A DNA stretch of 46,722 nucleotides from Octopus bimaculoides (lineage: Eukaryota): NCBI RefSeq assembly GCF_001194135.2, contig NC_068994.1:23337990-23384711 (forward strand). The letters run 5' to 3'. Position 1 is the stretch's first letter; the number at the start of each line of letters is the position of its first letter. The notes beneath the pieces were generated by a model. The model was given only the letters and a program-made list of their open reading frames with translations, had not been told where the DNA came from and made no database searches. Of this stretch, positions 11,646 through 25,249 are shown one piece after another. The position numbers and the translations under genes are program-made.

Positions 11646-12208
11646 TGTAACCTCTTCTAGGCCACCTCTGGCTAGAATAGAGCTAACAGACCGCCAACGA
11701 AATCTGTTCTCAACAATACTACTATCCTTCTGGCTAGTTTTGGATAGTTATAAAAACAAGAACTCCGTAAGCCAAAGTCAGTTAGTGAGAGCGACCATCA
11801 GTGAGTGTGAATGGACAACTAGAGTTATGGCCACAAGCAGGCAGCCACTAGAGACCAAACGGCCAGAGAGAAAAAGAAAGTTACAATCAGTGACTATACG
11901 AGACAACCTCCCTCGACTCTCACTTTCACTAACTCACTTTCTGTTCTCTGTAACATTACCATATCTCTCTCTATATATATACTACTATGAAATCGTATAT
12001 ACACATACCGGCTGAAATTAACTCTTTTTTTTTTACCTCGCATGTTTTTCCATTTACTAATTATACATACCAACCCGTCGTGGTTTTGGATATATACAAG
12101 TAACGGTAAATAAATATCTCTTTACAACTTCAATCACTGTTTTTTTCCATCTTGCACACTGGCAACCAACACCTTTACAACAAATCGTTACAATTGGTGA
12201 CCCTCGAC
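11646..12208 (+). mobile_element. Gypsy-type LTR (11646-12192) plus tRNA-Trp-type PBS (12195-12208); internal region missing
   Basis: TGTAAC...GTTACA terminal inverted repeat, AATAAA near 12108, then AT and TGGTGACCCTCGAC. Confidence 0.8.
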
Positions 12209-13889
12209 TGCAACGAATATCATTACCGTTAAACATTGTCCTATCTACCGCTTTTATCTAAATTAATTTGCTGCGATTGGATACAGATTTGACTGCTGTT
12301 TCCAGAAGGTTAGGCAACTGTGCTGAGCTCGCTAGTTTCTGATATGGATGGAAATAATTGCAGTGTCAATTTAACGGTGTGCATTTGATTTTGAACCGGA
12401 ATGTCTATGTAACGTATGAAATAGTAGTTTTGTTTGTTATAATGCAAGTAAAGTAGTATTAGCAGCAGCTGTAGTCGAAGCACATTATCAAGCACAGGGG
12501 AGCTGGCAACAAGAAAAACAACTGCCTCACTTCAGGTAATAACAAGAAGAAAACAAAATAGTTTTGAGTGTTATATCGATTGATTTATATTTTGGTTTGG
12601 AAAGGGAAAGAAGTGAATCATAAGGGCAGCGAACGGTATAGAAAATTTAGAATTAGAATAAATAATTCTAACGATAAAAAAATTTCGAACACACACACAC
12701 ACACACACACACATTATACTCAAATATATTCACACACACACACTTGCGTGTGTGTGTGCGTACACTCCCCTCACATATACATATATGTTTGGATGTTTGT
12801 GTGTGTAAGAATAGGTCAGCGTGGGTTTTAGGAACTAGAAGTACTCAACGATAGATGAGGCTGAGGTAGGGAAGGACAGAATGCGTGAGACATCCTCCAC
12901 CTCCCTTCGTAAGCTGATTGAGTGGGAGGAAGTTGTAGCACAAAGAAGGCAGACATTGTGAGAAGTATTGGTGGAAAAAGAAGTCGATAATGCTGGTAGA
13001 AAATATTTGTAATAAAAGGGGAAAAGGGAAAAAAGGGAAAAAGACATGGAATTAAATAAATTAGAGCTTTAGTTGTCGAGGAATCGAGATGGTATGGGGC
13101 GATACATCAGAATGATGATATGATATCAATAAATATCTCCATACGTTTAGTCAATCTAAAGCTTGTTTTTATTATAATTATTATTATCATTATTTGTTTC
13201 TTTAAAACTACATTAAATCCAGGCATTTTGGCTTTCAAATCACATTTAAGTAAAGTTAAAAGTATTTCGGATATAATTATATAATTATATAATGTTTATG
13301 TTGGAAGAGAAACTGAAAGATTTCACGAATAAAATTAAAGTATATAACAACAATACTTGTTTTTCTCCTAAAAATCTATGTTGTGGGATTAAAATAGTGC
13401 TGCGAGAAAAAATAAATAACTAAACTATTGTCAAATGATTAAAATTCTTGCCTACTTTCAACAGAAAGGTTATGTTTGCAAAGAAAAGACCCACTTGGTG
13501 TAGATTACAGTTACAATTAAATATACATATAAAAAAATGTCATCGTAGTTTGATTATAACTACTTCAAGATATTTTACAAAATTCATCTCGAATATTACA
13601 AAACTCGCAGTCTCATTTTCAACAACCCAGACACCGTTATTCGTTACGTTTTCCCTATGGCTTCCTTTATCTTCCCTACACCTTACTATTTTTAGACTCA
13701 ATACGAACCACAGAGTTTCATTGTAACTACTACTTTACCTACTGGTCATTCTTCACAAAGTCAGTTTATCATCACATTTTTGCTTTCATGTCCTACTTAG
13801 CATTTAAAATGGATATAACTTAAATATGATTGTATGGAGGACAAGAACAGTCTGTCTTTTGCGCATGCGCATTCGTTAGATATTTGACA

Positions 13890-14900
13890 CCCTGAAAATA
13901 GAGCACCAAAACGAACATTATCGACACCTCATACTTTTAATTCTTTTTTATTTTTACAAAAGCAAGCAAATGGTGGAAACCTGCAGGAAGATATGTGTTG
14001 TGTACGGAGAGGATGTTGTTACGGAACCTGTGTCACATGTGATTTTCAAGATTTCGATAGGGAAATTTTTCCGCTTAAGATGTCCCTCGCTCTGACCGGC
14101 CAACCGAGATTAATAACAATACTAACTCCCGTTATACGACCTCAGATATTCCCCAAATGTTCAGATCGAGTTTTGAAAACGCATTTGCATTAACTTGGTT
14201 ACATTAATAAGTTTGATGCTCAGGTCCAGCATCAATTGAATGATCGTCCAGCTTCATCCAGCGGATTTTCATCTGTGATTCATTGTAGAAACATGAAGAA
14301 AACGGTACTTTTTTGAAGAGATTGGTGACAGAGGACGAAAATGGATCGTCTAGAACAATATGAAGCACAAACGATCGAGGGGGAAACACTACAAACACCT
14401 TCCAAAACAGGATTTCACATGCAGAGGGTTATGCTTTCAGTTTGGTAGGATTGGAAGGGTGCTGTCTTTTACGAGCTTCTTCCACGGACAGGACCGTCAA
14501 TTCGGATGTGTACTGTGAGCAACAGGACACATTGATCCCTGTGATCCATCAGAACCGTCCAGTACTTGCTAATCGTAAGGGTATTGTCTTTCATCACAAC
14601 AATACCAGGTTGCACACTTCTTTACTGATGCAGCAGAAGTTACTTGGGCTTTGCTGGAAAGTTTTGCCACACCCTCCATATTCACTCCACCTTGCGCCTT
14701 TAGATTTCATCTTATTTCAGTCCCTTCAATATTCATTGAATGGACAGACCTTCTTCATACCTGAAGAAGATGTAAAAATTCATGTGGAAGGGTTTTTCAA
14801 CAATAAAGGTAGGAAAGTCTTTGAGCGGGGAATAATGAAGCTGCTCACAAGATGGCAGAAAACACTGGCACCAAGCAGTAATTATATCATTGACTCAATA
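13890..14900 (+). pseudogene. Mariner transposase pseudogene
   Basis: EHQNEHYRHLIL, ICVVYGEDVV, DVPRSDRP (HTH region), RVMLSVW*DWKG, TVNSDVYCEQ, FHHNNTRLHTS and LPHPPYSLHLAPLDFILF (decayed HPPYSPDLAPSDY.LF). Frameshifts and stops; TIRs not resolved. Confidence 0.9.
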
Positions 14901-15034
14901 AATAGTTTTGTGTTTAAAACTTGCGTCTTATTTTTGCTTAAAAAGCAATTCTGAAAAACTTGGTTATTTATTCAGTTGAATAAGTATTCTGGATCTAAAA
15001 GAAATCTTGAGACAAGGGTTGTACTTGGAAGAAT

Positions 15035-15196
15035 ATGTAGTGGATCATGCAGGCATGGCATGGATTCGATCCTCAATCGCTAAATTTAACTTAACAGTAC
15101 AACGGACTTTTCTCATAGAGAAACATTAAGTTGACTGCAGTTACATTTGCCAGATGCCTTAGTTAAGCAGAATAATGTCTTTGCCACTTGATCTCT
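15035..15196 (+). repeat. Unclassified ~165-bp repeat (copy 2)
   Basis: Aligns with 11479-11645 and has a B-box-like GGATTCGATCC. Confidence 0.7.
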
Positions 15197-15199
15197 GCT

Positions 15200-18100
15200 G
15201 ACCTTTTTGTATGTGGTGGAGGGATAAATTGACAGAACAATAGACCTCCCAAAATTACCCATTGTTTGGATAACAGTATGTCTCTCTTTCTCGTGATCTT
15301 GCGATAATTATATATACAGAAGATTCCCAAGCAAAAGTTAGTTAGCCCACAGAACTGGTGAGGACAAACTCTAGAGATCTTAGTCCAAGCCACAACGATA
15401 GATCTGGTAAATTTACCAGAGAAAATTTTCTTTGGTGAAGACATCATATCAACAGTGCACGTGGAAGGGAGGAGGTCCAGGTGCTTCAAATGTAGAAAAA
15501 AATGTAGAAAAAAAAGGGGCACCTGAAGTCAAAATTCTCCCCTCCACAAAAGGAAAAAGAGTAGGAAAAAGAACAGGAGGAAAGTGCTGAGGCCACGGAG
15601 GATGTTACACAGAAATGAAGGGGGAGGTTCCAGTCTCAGTGGTACTGAGAACGATCCCGCTGGATTAAAGGTAAATAGATCTCCTTTTCTCGTTTTTTTT
15701 TGACATGGTTGCAGTACGTGTAGGCTTTCTCAATGTGCGTGGCCCGAGTTCGATGTGGAAGAAAGCCTGTTTCCTCGACGACCTTAGGTTATATAAAATT
15801 GATATCATGGTTACTACAGAGACCAGGTTGGAAAAGCTGCAAGCCTTCTCAAACCTCCTGAATGGCTATGAGAAAATCATGTCTCCTAGTCGGACAGGGG
15901 GGAGGGGTCGTTGTGGTTCTGATCTGAAAAAGCTTGCTCTGGAGACACGTGCAATCTCCGTAGACCCAGAAGGTGATTCAGTCGTTCTGGATCTAACTTC
16001 CAGTGGTAAGACCTTCAGTTAGATCGGCATTTACGCACCTTGTACAACAGGCAAATAGGACTTTCTCGTGATGTCAAAGACAAGAGTGATGTTTGGAGAC
16101 TTTAACGCTATTCTAGACGCACGCCTAGATAACGTTGGCTCAACCAGTAGGAAAAGTAACTCACGCCTTATCGATTTGCTGAAGCGATTTAGGCTGACAG
16201 ATCGATACAAACTCGAGAATCCGAGCGTTCCAATGTGGACTTGGAGTAATAACGACGGATCTCTCAGGTCTTATATAGACAGGATAGTAGTGAATACTAA
16301 GGATAGGTCCTCCTTTAGCTGTCCACAGTTTACTTATATACCCATCACGGATCACAAATTAGTGACATGCAAGGTACATATAGATAAAGTCCATAGACAG
16401 GGATCTGGTTACTGGAACTTGAACAAGACCTTAAAGGCTTGCTAAACATACCGTAGCCAGATTAAGGAGTTAGTCATGAGGGCACTCACTGGCACCGTGT
16501 TGAATAACCGGCGGTGGGTTGCCCTCAAAAGAGCCAATCAACTTGGGTCGTGAGGGTGTCAACGTTGCCGAGTGGGCTCGCTCGGTAGAAACCCTACGTG
16601 GTGGAGATGCTCCGATAAGGTTTGTGGTAAACGAACAAGGGCAGGACATCGAAGGACAAGAAGAGATGTGTAACGCATTTCAGGAGCATTTCGCTGCGTT
16701 GTTCGGAGGGGCGGGACGCTGGACCATGGAGCTGACCCTCGGGATTTCCTANNNNNNNNNNNNNNNNNNNNNNNNNNNNNNNNNNNNNNNNNNNNNNNNN
16801 NNNNNNNNNNNNNNNNNNNNNNNNNNNNNNNNNNNNNNNNNNNNNNNNNNNNNNNNNNNNNNNNNNNNNNNNNNNNNNNNNNNNNNNNNNNNNNNNNNNN
16901 NNNNNNNNNNNNNNNNNNNNNNNNNNNNNNNNNNNNNNNNNNNNNNNNNNNNNNNNNNNNNNNNNNNNNNNNNNNNNNNNNNNNNNNNNNNNNNNNNNNN
17001 NNNNNNNNNNNNNNNNNNNNNNNNNNNNNNNNNNNNNNNNNNNNNNNNNNNNNNNNNNNNNNNNNNNNNNNNNNNNNNNNNNNNNNNNNNNNNNNNNNNN
17101 NNNNNNNNNNNNNNNNNNNNNNNNNNNNNNNNNNNNNNNNNNNNNNNNNNNNNNNNNNNNNNNNNNNNNNNNNNNNNNNNNNNNNNNNNNNNNNNNNNNN
17201 NNNNNNNNNNNNNNNNNNNNNNNNNNNNNNNNNNNNNNNNNNNNNNNNNNNNNNNNNNNNNNNNNNNNNNNNNNNNNNNNNNNNNNNNNNNNNNNNNNNN
17301 NNNNNNNNNNNNNNNNNNNNNNNNNNNNNNNNNNNNNNNNNNNNNNNNNNNNNNNNNNNNNNNNNNNNNNNNNNNNNNNNNNNNNNNNNNNNNNNNNNNN
17401 NNNNNNNNNNNNNNNNNNNNNNNNNNNNNNNNNNNNNNNNNNNNNNNNNNNNNNNNNNNNNNNNNNNNNNNNNNNNNNNNNNNNNNNGTTATGGTAGAGG
17501 GGCGACGGCATATGTGGATGATGTCACCATCATCGTGTCTGATGAAGGGCAGCTACCTCGTGTAGAAGACGGCATCAAAAGATACGAAGCGGTGCCAGGA
17601 GCAAAAGTTAACCAGGAAAAATCAGTCGGCTTGCAACTCGGTACCTGGCGGAGCAAGTCGATGCCTCCCAACAGCGTCGTGGGACGTTGGACGGAGGGCC
17701 CGGTTAAACTGCTCGGGTTTGGTTTGGACCGGACCTCCAGATGGAGAAAAACTGGAACGAGGTCACAAGCGAGGTGACAGCCATAACCCAGACCTGGCCT
17801 GTGAGGATGCTATCCTTGCTAGGTAAAGCAGAGGTTACACAGTTGTTTATAACATCTGTGGTAGCCTACCGCCTAACCGTTGTGTCTTGCCCCGGTGTGT
17901 AGCTGACCTTTCCCCGCTTTTTGTAGAATGGGAAACCACCACTTGTGAGGCGCTTCATCTGCTGCCAGAAACCGTTAAAGAGTGGGTTAGGGATGCCTTG
18001 GCTGATACGCAAGTATGCGCTGAGGCTGAGACATCTCTGGCTCTATCTGGATGGTGAACGCGGGTGGTTACAGCATGTCAAGTTCTTCCTGCCACAATTG

Positions 18101-18690
18101 ACGTCCTTGCGGACATGGATCACGCGGAGACCGAAAATGAGCGAATGGGAGAAGGAGTGAAGACATGCACTCACTCTGTTCTCCCGAGCGAGCAATACCG
18201 GTAGCGGGGCTACCACTGCGAATTTTTATAGCGGGTTGGTAGAGCACATGTCCGACTACGTCCTAAGGGAGACTCTAGCTTGTCAACCTGTTCGGAAGAA
18301 CATTCGGGCCGAGGTATCTGGACAACTTCCAGAAATCCCTGGCCTTGTTGTGCTGCCGATCGGCCTTGCCAGTTCGAGAGAGGTTGTCAAGGCATGGTGT
18401 TGGTACCGCACCCACATGCCCGAGGTGTAAGCGTGTCAGTGAAACTGTCACGTACGCCTTCGTACATTGTGAGGAACTGAGGGGATTGACAACCTATGTC
18501 GAACAACTGGTGTCGGAAACGGAAAGAGTACGGTTATCGACTGAGTCTCTCATCAAGATTGTACCACCTCCCCCCTTTAACAAGGAAAAGTAAGCGTCAC
18601 TTTTCTGTGTAGTAGCCGTATTGAAAGAGAAAGTATGGGTGACGCGTGGAAGGGGAATTGAGACTGGCAACTTTATCTCCCTGGTGGCCG
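15200..18690 (+). mobile_element. Decayed L1/Tx1-clade LINE (ORF1 3' part plus ORF2 APE-RT-zinc finger)
   Basis: ORF1: VHVEGRRSRCFKC knuckle (~15455). ORF2 from 15705: GFLNVRG, TTETRL, GDFNAILD, WTW...SYIDRI, ITDHKLV (APE); AYVDDVTIIV at ~17508 and KVNQEKS (RT); TCPRCKRVSETVTYAFVHC (C-terminal Zn finger). Multiple stops and frameshifts; 735-nt gap in the RT. Confidence 0.92.
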
Positions 18691-18888
18691 ATCACAGTAG
18701 CAAAACATTACAGCCAAAAAAACGAGTTTGACATCCGTTATGGCAATTCTCTTGACCAAAATTTAAACAACTACATATGATCTGTAAGAAGATAAAATTG
18801 AAATCCGGTACTCGTATAACATAGATTATATAGGATAAATTTATGGTTTCATACTTTATTCGAGTATACTGTGACAGCATCTTTCAAA

Positions 18889-19103
18889 TTTTATCTTTTA
18901 CTTGTTTCAGTCATTTAGACTGCGGCCATGCTGGGACAACGCCTTGAAAAATGTTAGTCGAATGCATCGATCACAGGGCTTACGTTTTTAAACCTGGTCA
19001 TTCACTTTTGCTAAACCCCTAAGTTATGGAGACGTATATACACCAACACCAGTTGTCAAGCGGTGACACACTCATGCACACACACACACACACACACACA
19101 CAC

Positions 19104-19136
<33 letters not shown>
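18889..19136 (-). mobile_element. SINE family 1 tail plus (CA)n
   Basis: Reverse complement of the tail (TTTTACTTGTTTCAGTCATTT...GTTGTCAAGCGGTG) followed by (CA)n; no head seen. Confidence 0.8.
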
Positions 19137-19138
<2 letters not shown>

Positions 19139-19807
19139 GGACAGAGTCGTTAATGAAGCCGCTTAGTTTTCAAAATCAATCTGTTTCGGAAGGTCAGTGA
19201 ATATATTCACACTGACTCTATAAAACAAATGACATGAAACAGGATTAGATTTACTTTTAGTTGCATCATGCGCTTGTTAAGGTGCAGCTTTTTATCCACA
19301 CTGCCTTTAGAATCAACACATCATCATCACGGACTAGTTCGTTTCAGAAGTTCTATGTGAAAACCATATAAATAGAAGGAAACTCTCGTGATGATTTTGT
19401 CTGTTGATTAAAGATACATTGGCTGTGAAATTAATTTTTCTGTATGTGAACTGGAATTCTGTTATCAGTTTTCAAACTTTTATTTCAAGTGACGGAAAAA
19501 TATCTCAGTTTCATGATTTATATTTTATTAAAAAAAAAAGTACCGATTGCTGTTCCTGTTTTCACAGATGGATACTGGGACTGAAAATATTACCTTCAGC
19601 TACCGGTGTACTATTGCGGCTAAGTCGGGACCAGTTTTAGCCAGGTTAACTGTCTACTGAATAAATATCCTTACTGAATGTCAGAATTTAATGAAAATGC
19701 TGGATCCAAAATTATATTTGTTTAGAATGCTTTTCTTGCAAATTTTCTTACTTTCAAAATAATTTGATTTTATCAACATCTTACGCGTTAGACTACAAAG
19801 TGACAGT

Positions 19808-19906
19808 TTCTATGCAGTCACTCAACTGGCTAGAAACATCAGGGTCATTTTCCTCAAATCCAGCTTGAGGAGGGACGAGTACGTTAGATAATGTAGTCTT
19901 AGATAT
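19808..19906 (+). repeat. Unclassified interspersed repeat fragment
   Basis: Same family as 10762, 45500 and 46565 by visual alignment. Confidence 0.45.
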
Positions 19907-21410
19907 CAAATACCTGTTAAAAAAAAGTGTGATGATCATGGCTAGAACGTCTTTAATCATATGTTTGCTCAGTCAGGACTAAATAACAACCGCAAGCTAA
20001 CCAGTTTGTGACAAGTATTATATCAAGCATTTCGAAAGGCTCCCTCGCGGCCTCTCACATCCAGCCAAACTATTTAGAGATCAAAGCCACAACAAAAACT
20101 ACATCAAATAAACTTACAACTATTCAAGAACACCTTTAAATCACTAAAATATTCTTTTTCCTTCGTGGTAACATCTCTGCACTTCCGACTAAACTGCAGT
20201 CATGATTTGAAGGAAATTTAGTTGCTATGTCTAGCAAGATGAAAAACCGTGTAGCTCACAAACTACTGTAAGTTCCATTTACCTACTAGAGAGTTGCCGG
20301 TCATTTTGGTCCTTTGTCAAGAGGATTTCTTTTAGTGTAGTGGCATCCTCCCACTCACCATCCCTCAAACTAGAGGTTTCTGTTAACAGTATTCTAGGAA
20401 TGGAAACTTGCAAATTTACTGCTCATTTCGAATCCAAATCACCAATGCCCGCGCACGCACACGCACACGCACATTTATACAGACACATTCGACAAAACCA
20501 CTCCAAAACTTTTGTTCGCTACCCTGTATGTATCACCTCCCCGTGTACATGTGACCCAAGTACAGAAAGAACTCTGGATACTTCATTTCAAAGCAATAAG
20601 GTGCCACTTGGCCCAATAATGTCCCTTCAATTTCTTTCAATAGTATGCTCCGAAGCTTTCCACTGTCTTCACCATTCGCATCCATCTGTTTGAGCTCTGG
20701 TCTATAGAGTAACCATCCTTCCCCTGCATCGTTTAGATTACTTTCNNNNNNNNNNNNNNNNNNNNNNNNNNNNNNNNNNNNNNNNNNNNNNNNNNNNNNN
20801 NNNNNNNNNNNNNNNNNNNNNNNNNNNNNNNNNNNNNNNNNNNNNNNNNNNNNNNNNNNNNNNNNNNNNNNNNNNNNNNNNNNNNNNNNNNNNNNNNNNN
20901 NNNNNNNNNNNNNNNNNNNNNNNNNNNNNNNNNNNNNNNNNNNNNNNNNNNNNNNNNNNNNNNNNNNNNNNNNNNNNNNNNNNNNNNNNNNNNNNNNNNN
21001 NNNNNNNNNNNNNNNNNNNNNNNNNNNNNNNNNNNNNNNNNNNNNNNNNNNNNNNNNNNNNNNNNNNNNNNNNNNNNNNNNNNNNNNNNNNNNNNNNNNN
21101 NNNNNNNNNNNNNNNNNNNNNNNNNNNNNNNNNNNNNNNNNNNNNNNNNNNNNNNNNNNNNNNNNNNNNNNNNNNNNNNNNNNNNNNNNNNNNNNNNNNN
21201 NNNNNNNNNNNNNNNNNNNNNNNNNNNNNNNNNNNNNNNNNNNNNNNNNNNNNNNNNNNNNNNNNNNNNNNNNNNNNNNNNNNNNNNNNNNNNNNNNNNN
21301 NNNNNNNNNNNNNNNNNNNNNNNNNNNNNNNNNNNNNNNNNNNNNNNNNNNNNNNNNNNNNNNNNNNNNNNNNNNNNNNNNNNNNNNNNNNNNNNNNNNN
21401 NNNNNNNNNN

Positions 21411-21652
21411 NCACCTTTATATATTTATATTTATATTTATATATTTATATATTTGATCCTTTATATTGAACACTCAATATTTCATCTATATTCAATACTT
21501 TATTTCATGGTGCCATCCATTTTTATTTTATTTTATATTATATATTGTATATTATATTATATATTGTATATTCCATATTCTATACCCCACATTAGTTCTG
21601 CAGGAATATAAATAAAACATAAAAAACAGACAGTGTTGGAACTCTTTTAAGC

Positions 21653-21714
<62 letters not shown>

Positions 21715-21740
21715 CACACACAAACACACATATATATATT
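21411..21740. repeat. (TTTATA)n/(TTATA)n low-complexity region and (TA)n(CA)n microsatellite
   Basis: Directly visible. Confidence 0.8.
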
Positions 21741-23679
21741 CAATCATTAATACTCATGATACATATTATTTTTACATTCACATAAATATGCTCACGCACA
21801 AGTGAAAACATACGTAAACGTGCAATCACACACGCACAAATGCATAAATGCAATTGTGTATATGCTCTGGCAACAAAATTTTAGTTTGTAATTTGAAAAC
21901 TATTTTATAACTTTAAATTTTCAGTTAAATCTTTTAGTCTGCTTACTTGTTTTCTCTCTTTCTCTGTCTCTGTCTGTCTCTCTCTTTCTCTCTTTCTCCA
22001 TATACCGTCTCAGCTGATTAGTCTTCAAATTATAAACTTCCAATAACTATGATTTATATTTTTAGTCATTATAATTTTTGCTTAATCTTTTCCTTCTTTT
22101 TGTTTTTTCTCTTTCTTTTAAGCCATCGATCTGAACCAGTCTTCGCTAAATCCTTGCAATTCTCCATGAAATCTTGAACATTTATTATTTCTTAATTTCC
22201 AACAATCGGTATCTTCCGCTTTCACTACCCTTCCCTTTTGCCGCTATACACCGCTCTTTACTTTCTTCTCTTCGCCGGTCTATGTTATTTTCTTTAAACT
22301 TTAAATAATTTCGTTTTTCTTTTCTTTGAATTTTCTTTTTCTCAACAGTTCTTTTTACATCATGTACCAACCTAGTATTTGTTTATTGGCAGAACTCTTT
22401 TCAATGTTTCACTATTAAAATAGGCTTTTAAAAAGAAGTTTAATGCAAATTATAGAGTAAAACGATGGAGGTATTTATTTCAGTGTTCTGAAGGAAAGAA
22501 AATGCAGCTTTAATAGAAACCTACGCAGAGATAATATCAATATCTTACCACACTACTTTCGTTGAATTATATTTTAATACACTCTGCTGGAGATAACATA
22601 TCTATTTCGTAGGTACGTTCAATGATTGGAATCTAATTGTAAGCATATAAATAACAAATAGGGTTAGGTTACTCTTAATAAGTTATTTAACATAAGGTCC
22701 CTTATAAATATATAATTGATCATATTTAATTCATAACTGCAGCGTTTCGGTTTCCTGTTAAATTGTTAGATAATATGACTTTTCTGTACTCTGTCGCTGC
22801 TATCGCTACTTGAGCAACACGGTGTAACTCCCTTTCCTTTCCTGATAATTCTTATAATGTCTCAGCTGTAGCCCTACCTAACACCTGTATACCTCACGAA
22901 TTTTCATTTCACTTTTTTTCCTACGGTTCGTTTCATGAAAGCGTTCAAATTTGAGCGTAATGCCAAACCACAACTAGAACCAGATGTCTTATTGAGCTGG
23001 AGTGATAGAATAAGCATTCTCACTAAGTGACTATATGCATGATGTAGTGAGACAGGAGAGTCAGTGAGGTGTTTCCTTGTGAATGCTGAGTGTGGGGTGA
23101 CAAGTAAAACAGGCAGAAATGCAATGGCTTTATCATAACAAAGGAGTAGAGGGTTTAAAGATTTTAGAAAATCAGCAGTGATCCTCAGAGTAAGAGAATG
23201 GAAAGCTTGGATAAAGTTTAAAGGTGAGAGGGATTGCAGACTGATTCAATAAAGCATCGTTTGCTTTCTTGACGTATTTTCATGGAGAGTAAACAGTTGG
23301 TGATGGAGTCTAATTTCCTATTGAAAGAAATATTCTCCAATTGTACAGATGCAAGCGAACCACTTCTAATTGTTTACAAATTGCAGAAAACAACCACCAA
23401 TTTGTGTTCAAAGTAAGTGCAATCTTTCTGTGTCAGTTTTTTTCATGCACTCTAAAGGATATCACTATTTTCTTTGTTTTCTTGCTATTTCACTTAGCTA
23501 CAGTTGAAAACACTACTGTACCTTTTTACGTATATTGCTTCCTTACCATTTCTTTCATTTATATGCGTTGTACTTCATAGCTTTAATATATGGAGTTGTA
23601 AGTGTTTGCACTGTACTCTCTTTAGTATGTGGATTTGTATGTATTTACAAGTCTTGTATCTGCTTGTCCTTGAGGTTAA

Positions 23680-25100
23680 CTTACTTGTGATAAAACTTTT
23701 CAGAACTTCCCAGTGTAGAGCACTGTCTAAAGATTTCTGATTATCAACCCATGCTATTATCGTATCGTTTTCCTCCTCATGTTTCAGTTAGATAACCGTC
23801 AGTAACTGATCTTTGCAGCAATATAAACCCTAGGTGGGGGGGGGGCATTCTTTCTGAAAGCATTTCATTTTTTCAGGTGATAGAATTGATATCAGATCAT
23901 GAGTCCTTAGTTTGGTGGATTTAATGCTGTGTTAAGGTTGTGATGGTCTTCTATTGGAATCCATTCAGATCTTTTTTCTTTGATCTTTCAGTAAACCATT
24001 GATAATATGCAATGACTTTAAGGGTATTTGTTAGATATTTTAGCTGGAAGTTTAGCGCTATTCATTCGAGTGTCTATTAGTTTTTTTTTGTTTACATTTT
24101 TTTAAAACATGGTTTATTTCTTGGGTTATTATTCATTCATAAGATTTTTTTAGCTTCACGAGTATTGTTTTGGGGCTCACAAAAGGTACTTATTCGTTCC
24201 TAAAGTTTTCTGATTTGTTTGTTAATGTTTCTTTAATTTCTATTTTATATATTTTTGTGTTACTTTTTGCTAGAAACAAAATGTTTTGTTTTTAAAAATG
24301 TAGTTCTCTTCCTAAACATGGATTTTTTGGAATTTAGCAAAAATTCTTGCATGAAACATGCTTTCGCTTCAAGCTAAGTTTTTTTTTTTTTAAATATCTC
24401 TTTTTAATTTATCCGATTCTGTCGATCTCATTACATAGTGACAAATCTTAACTTATAATTGCTATCATGATCTATGTGTCGGTTTTCTACGTTATTTACT
24501 TAGGTTTATCAATTCCTATATGGAAAATTTTGAGGATGTACCTACTTTTCTTTGTAACTATTGCGACGCTTCATAGATTTATCGAAACGATATTGATGTT
24601 GACAGCTGATCATAATATGTATCCGATAGTTCAGTTTTCTTTTACTTATTAATTTTGGTCGTGATCTCTAAAAAGCTGTTACGTCGTCCATAGGAAGATA
24701 TGTAGAATTTAATCATTTAACAGTTTCTACCTTTATAATATTGTCATATTCAAATAACAATAATGTAATATAGATTTTCCTATACATTGAATATGAATTT
24801 ATATTTTCATTGATGTAGTTCTAGTTCGGCTTTTGTTGGTTGATAGATATTGAGGCTTGATTTTGTTAGACTAGAACCATTTTCTTCATTTACTTTTTAA
24901 TATTTAAAGCCTTTTATTATTTTTGTTGTTGCTTGTTCTCTGCCCAAGACTATTTTTCTTATGCATTCTTCAAATGTTATTTTTCTATGTTAGATTATAT
25001 TTAACTTCATATTAAATTTAACTATTTAGTTCGAATTAAAAACTAATTCCAATAAATGTCATTTTCATATACGCGAGTGTATTGCATCTGTCTTTATCTT
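23680..25100 (-). mobile_element. R4/Dong-like RLE-LINE, N-terminal to RT part, decayed
   Basis: Minus strand: KDQLLTV and AWVDNQKSLDSALHW (~23690-23810, resembling CKDQLLI...AWIDYKKAFDSVPH), with weaker upstream matches. Many stops. Confidence 0.6.
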
Positions 25101-25249
25101 AATAAAGACAGCTACAGCAGTAAAATACAGAAGCGAGTTCTTATCGAGTCCATTTCTACATTTTCTATTTTATAAGTAGGACTCGAGGAGTTAAGTTTGA
25201 TTTTCATTTTCTTCATAGAGTTTATTAGTTTTTCATAGAGTTTGTAAAT

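Noticed and set aside
13859-13872. Perfect TGCGCATGCGCA (NRF1-type palindrome)
   Set aside because: A single motif just upstream of the mariner ORF, probably part of the transposon. No other support.
22185-22370. Lys/Arg/Glu-rich minus-strand ORF
   Set aside because: Explained by purine-rich low-complexity composition, with no domain similarity that I can identify.
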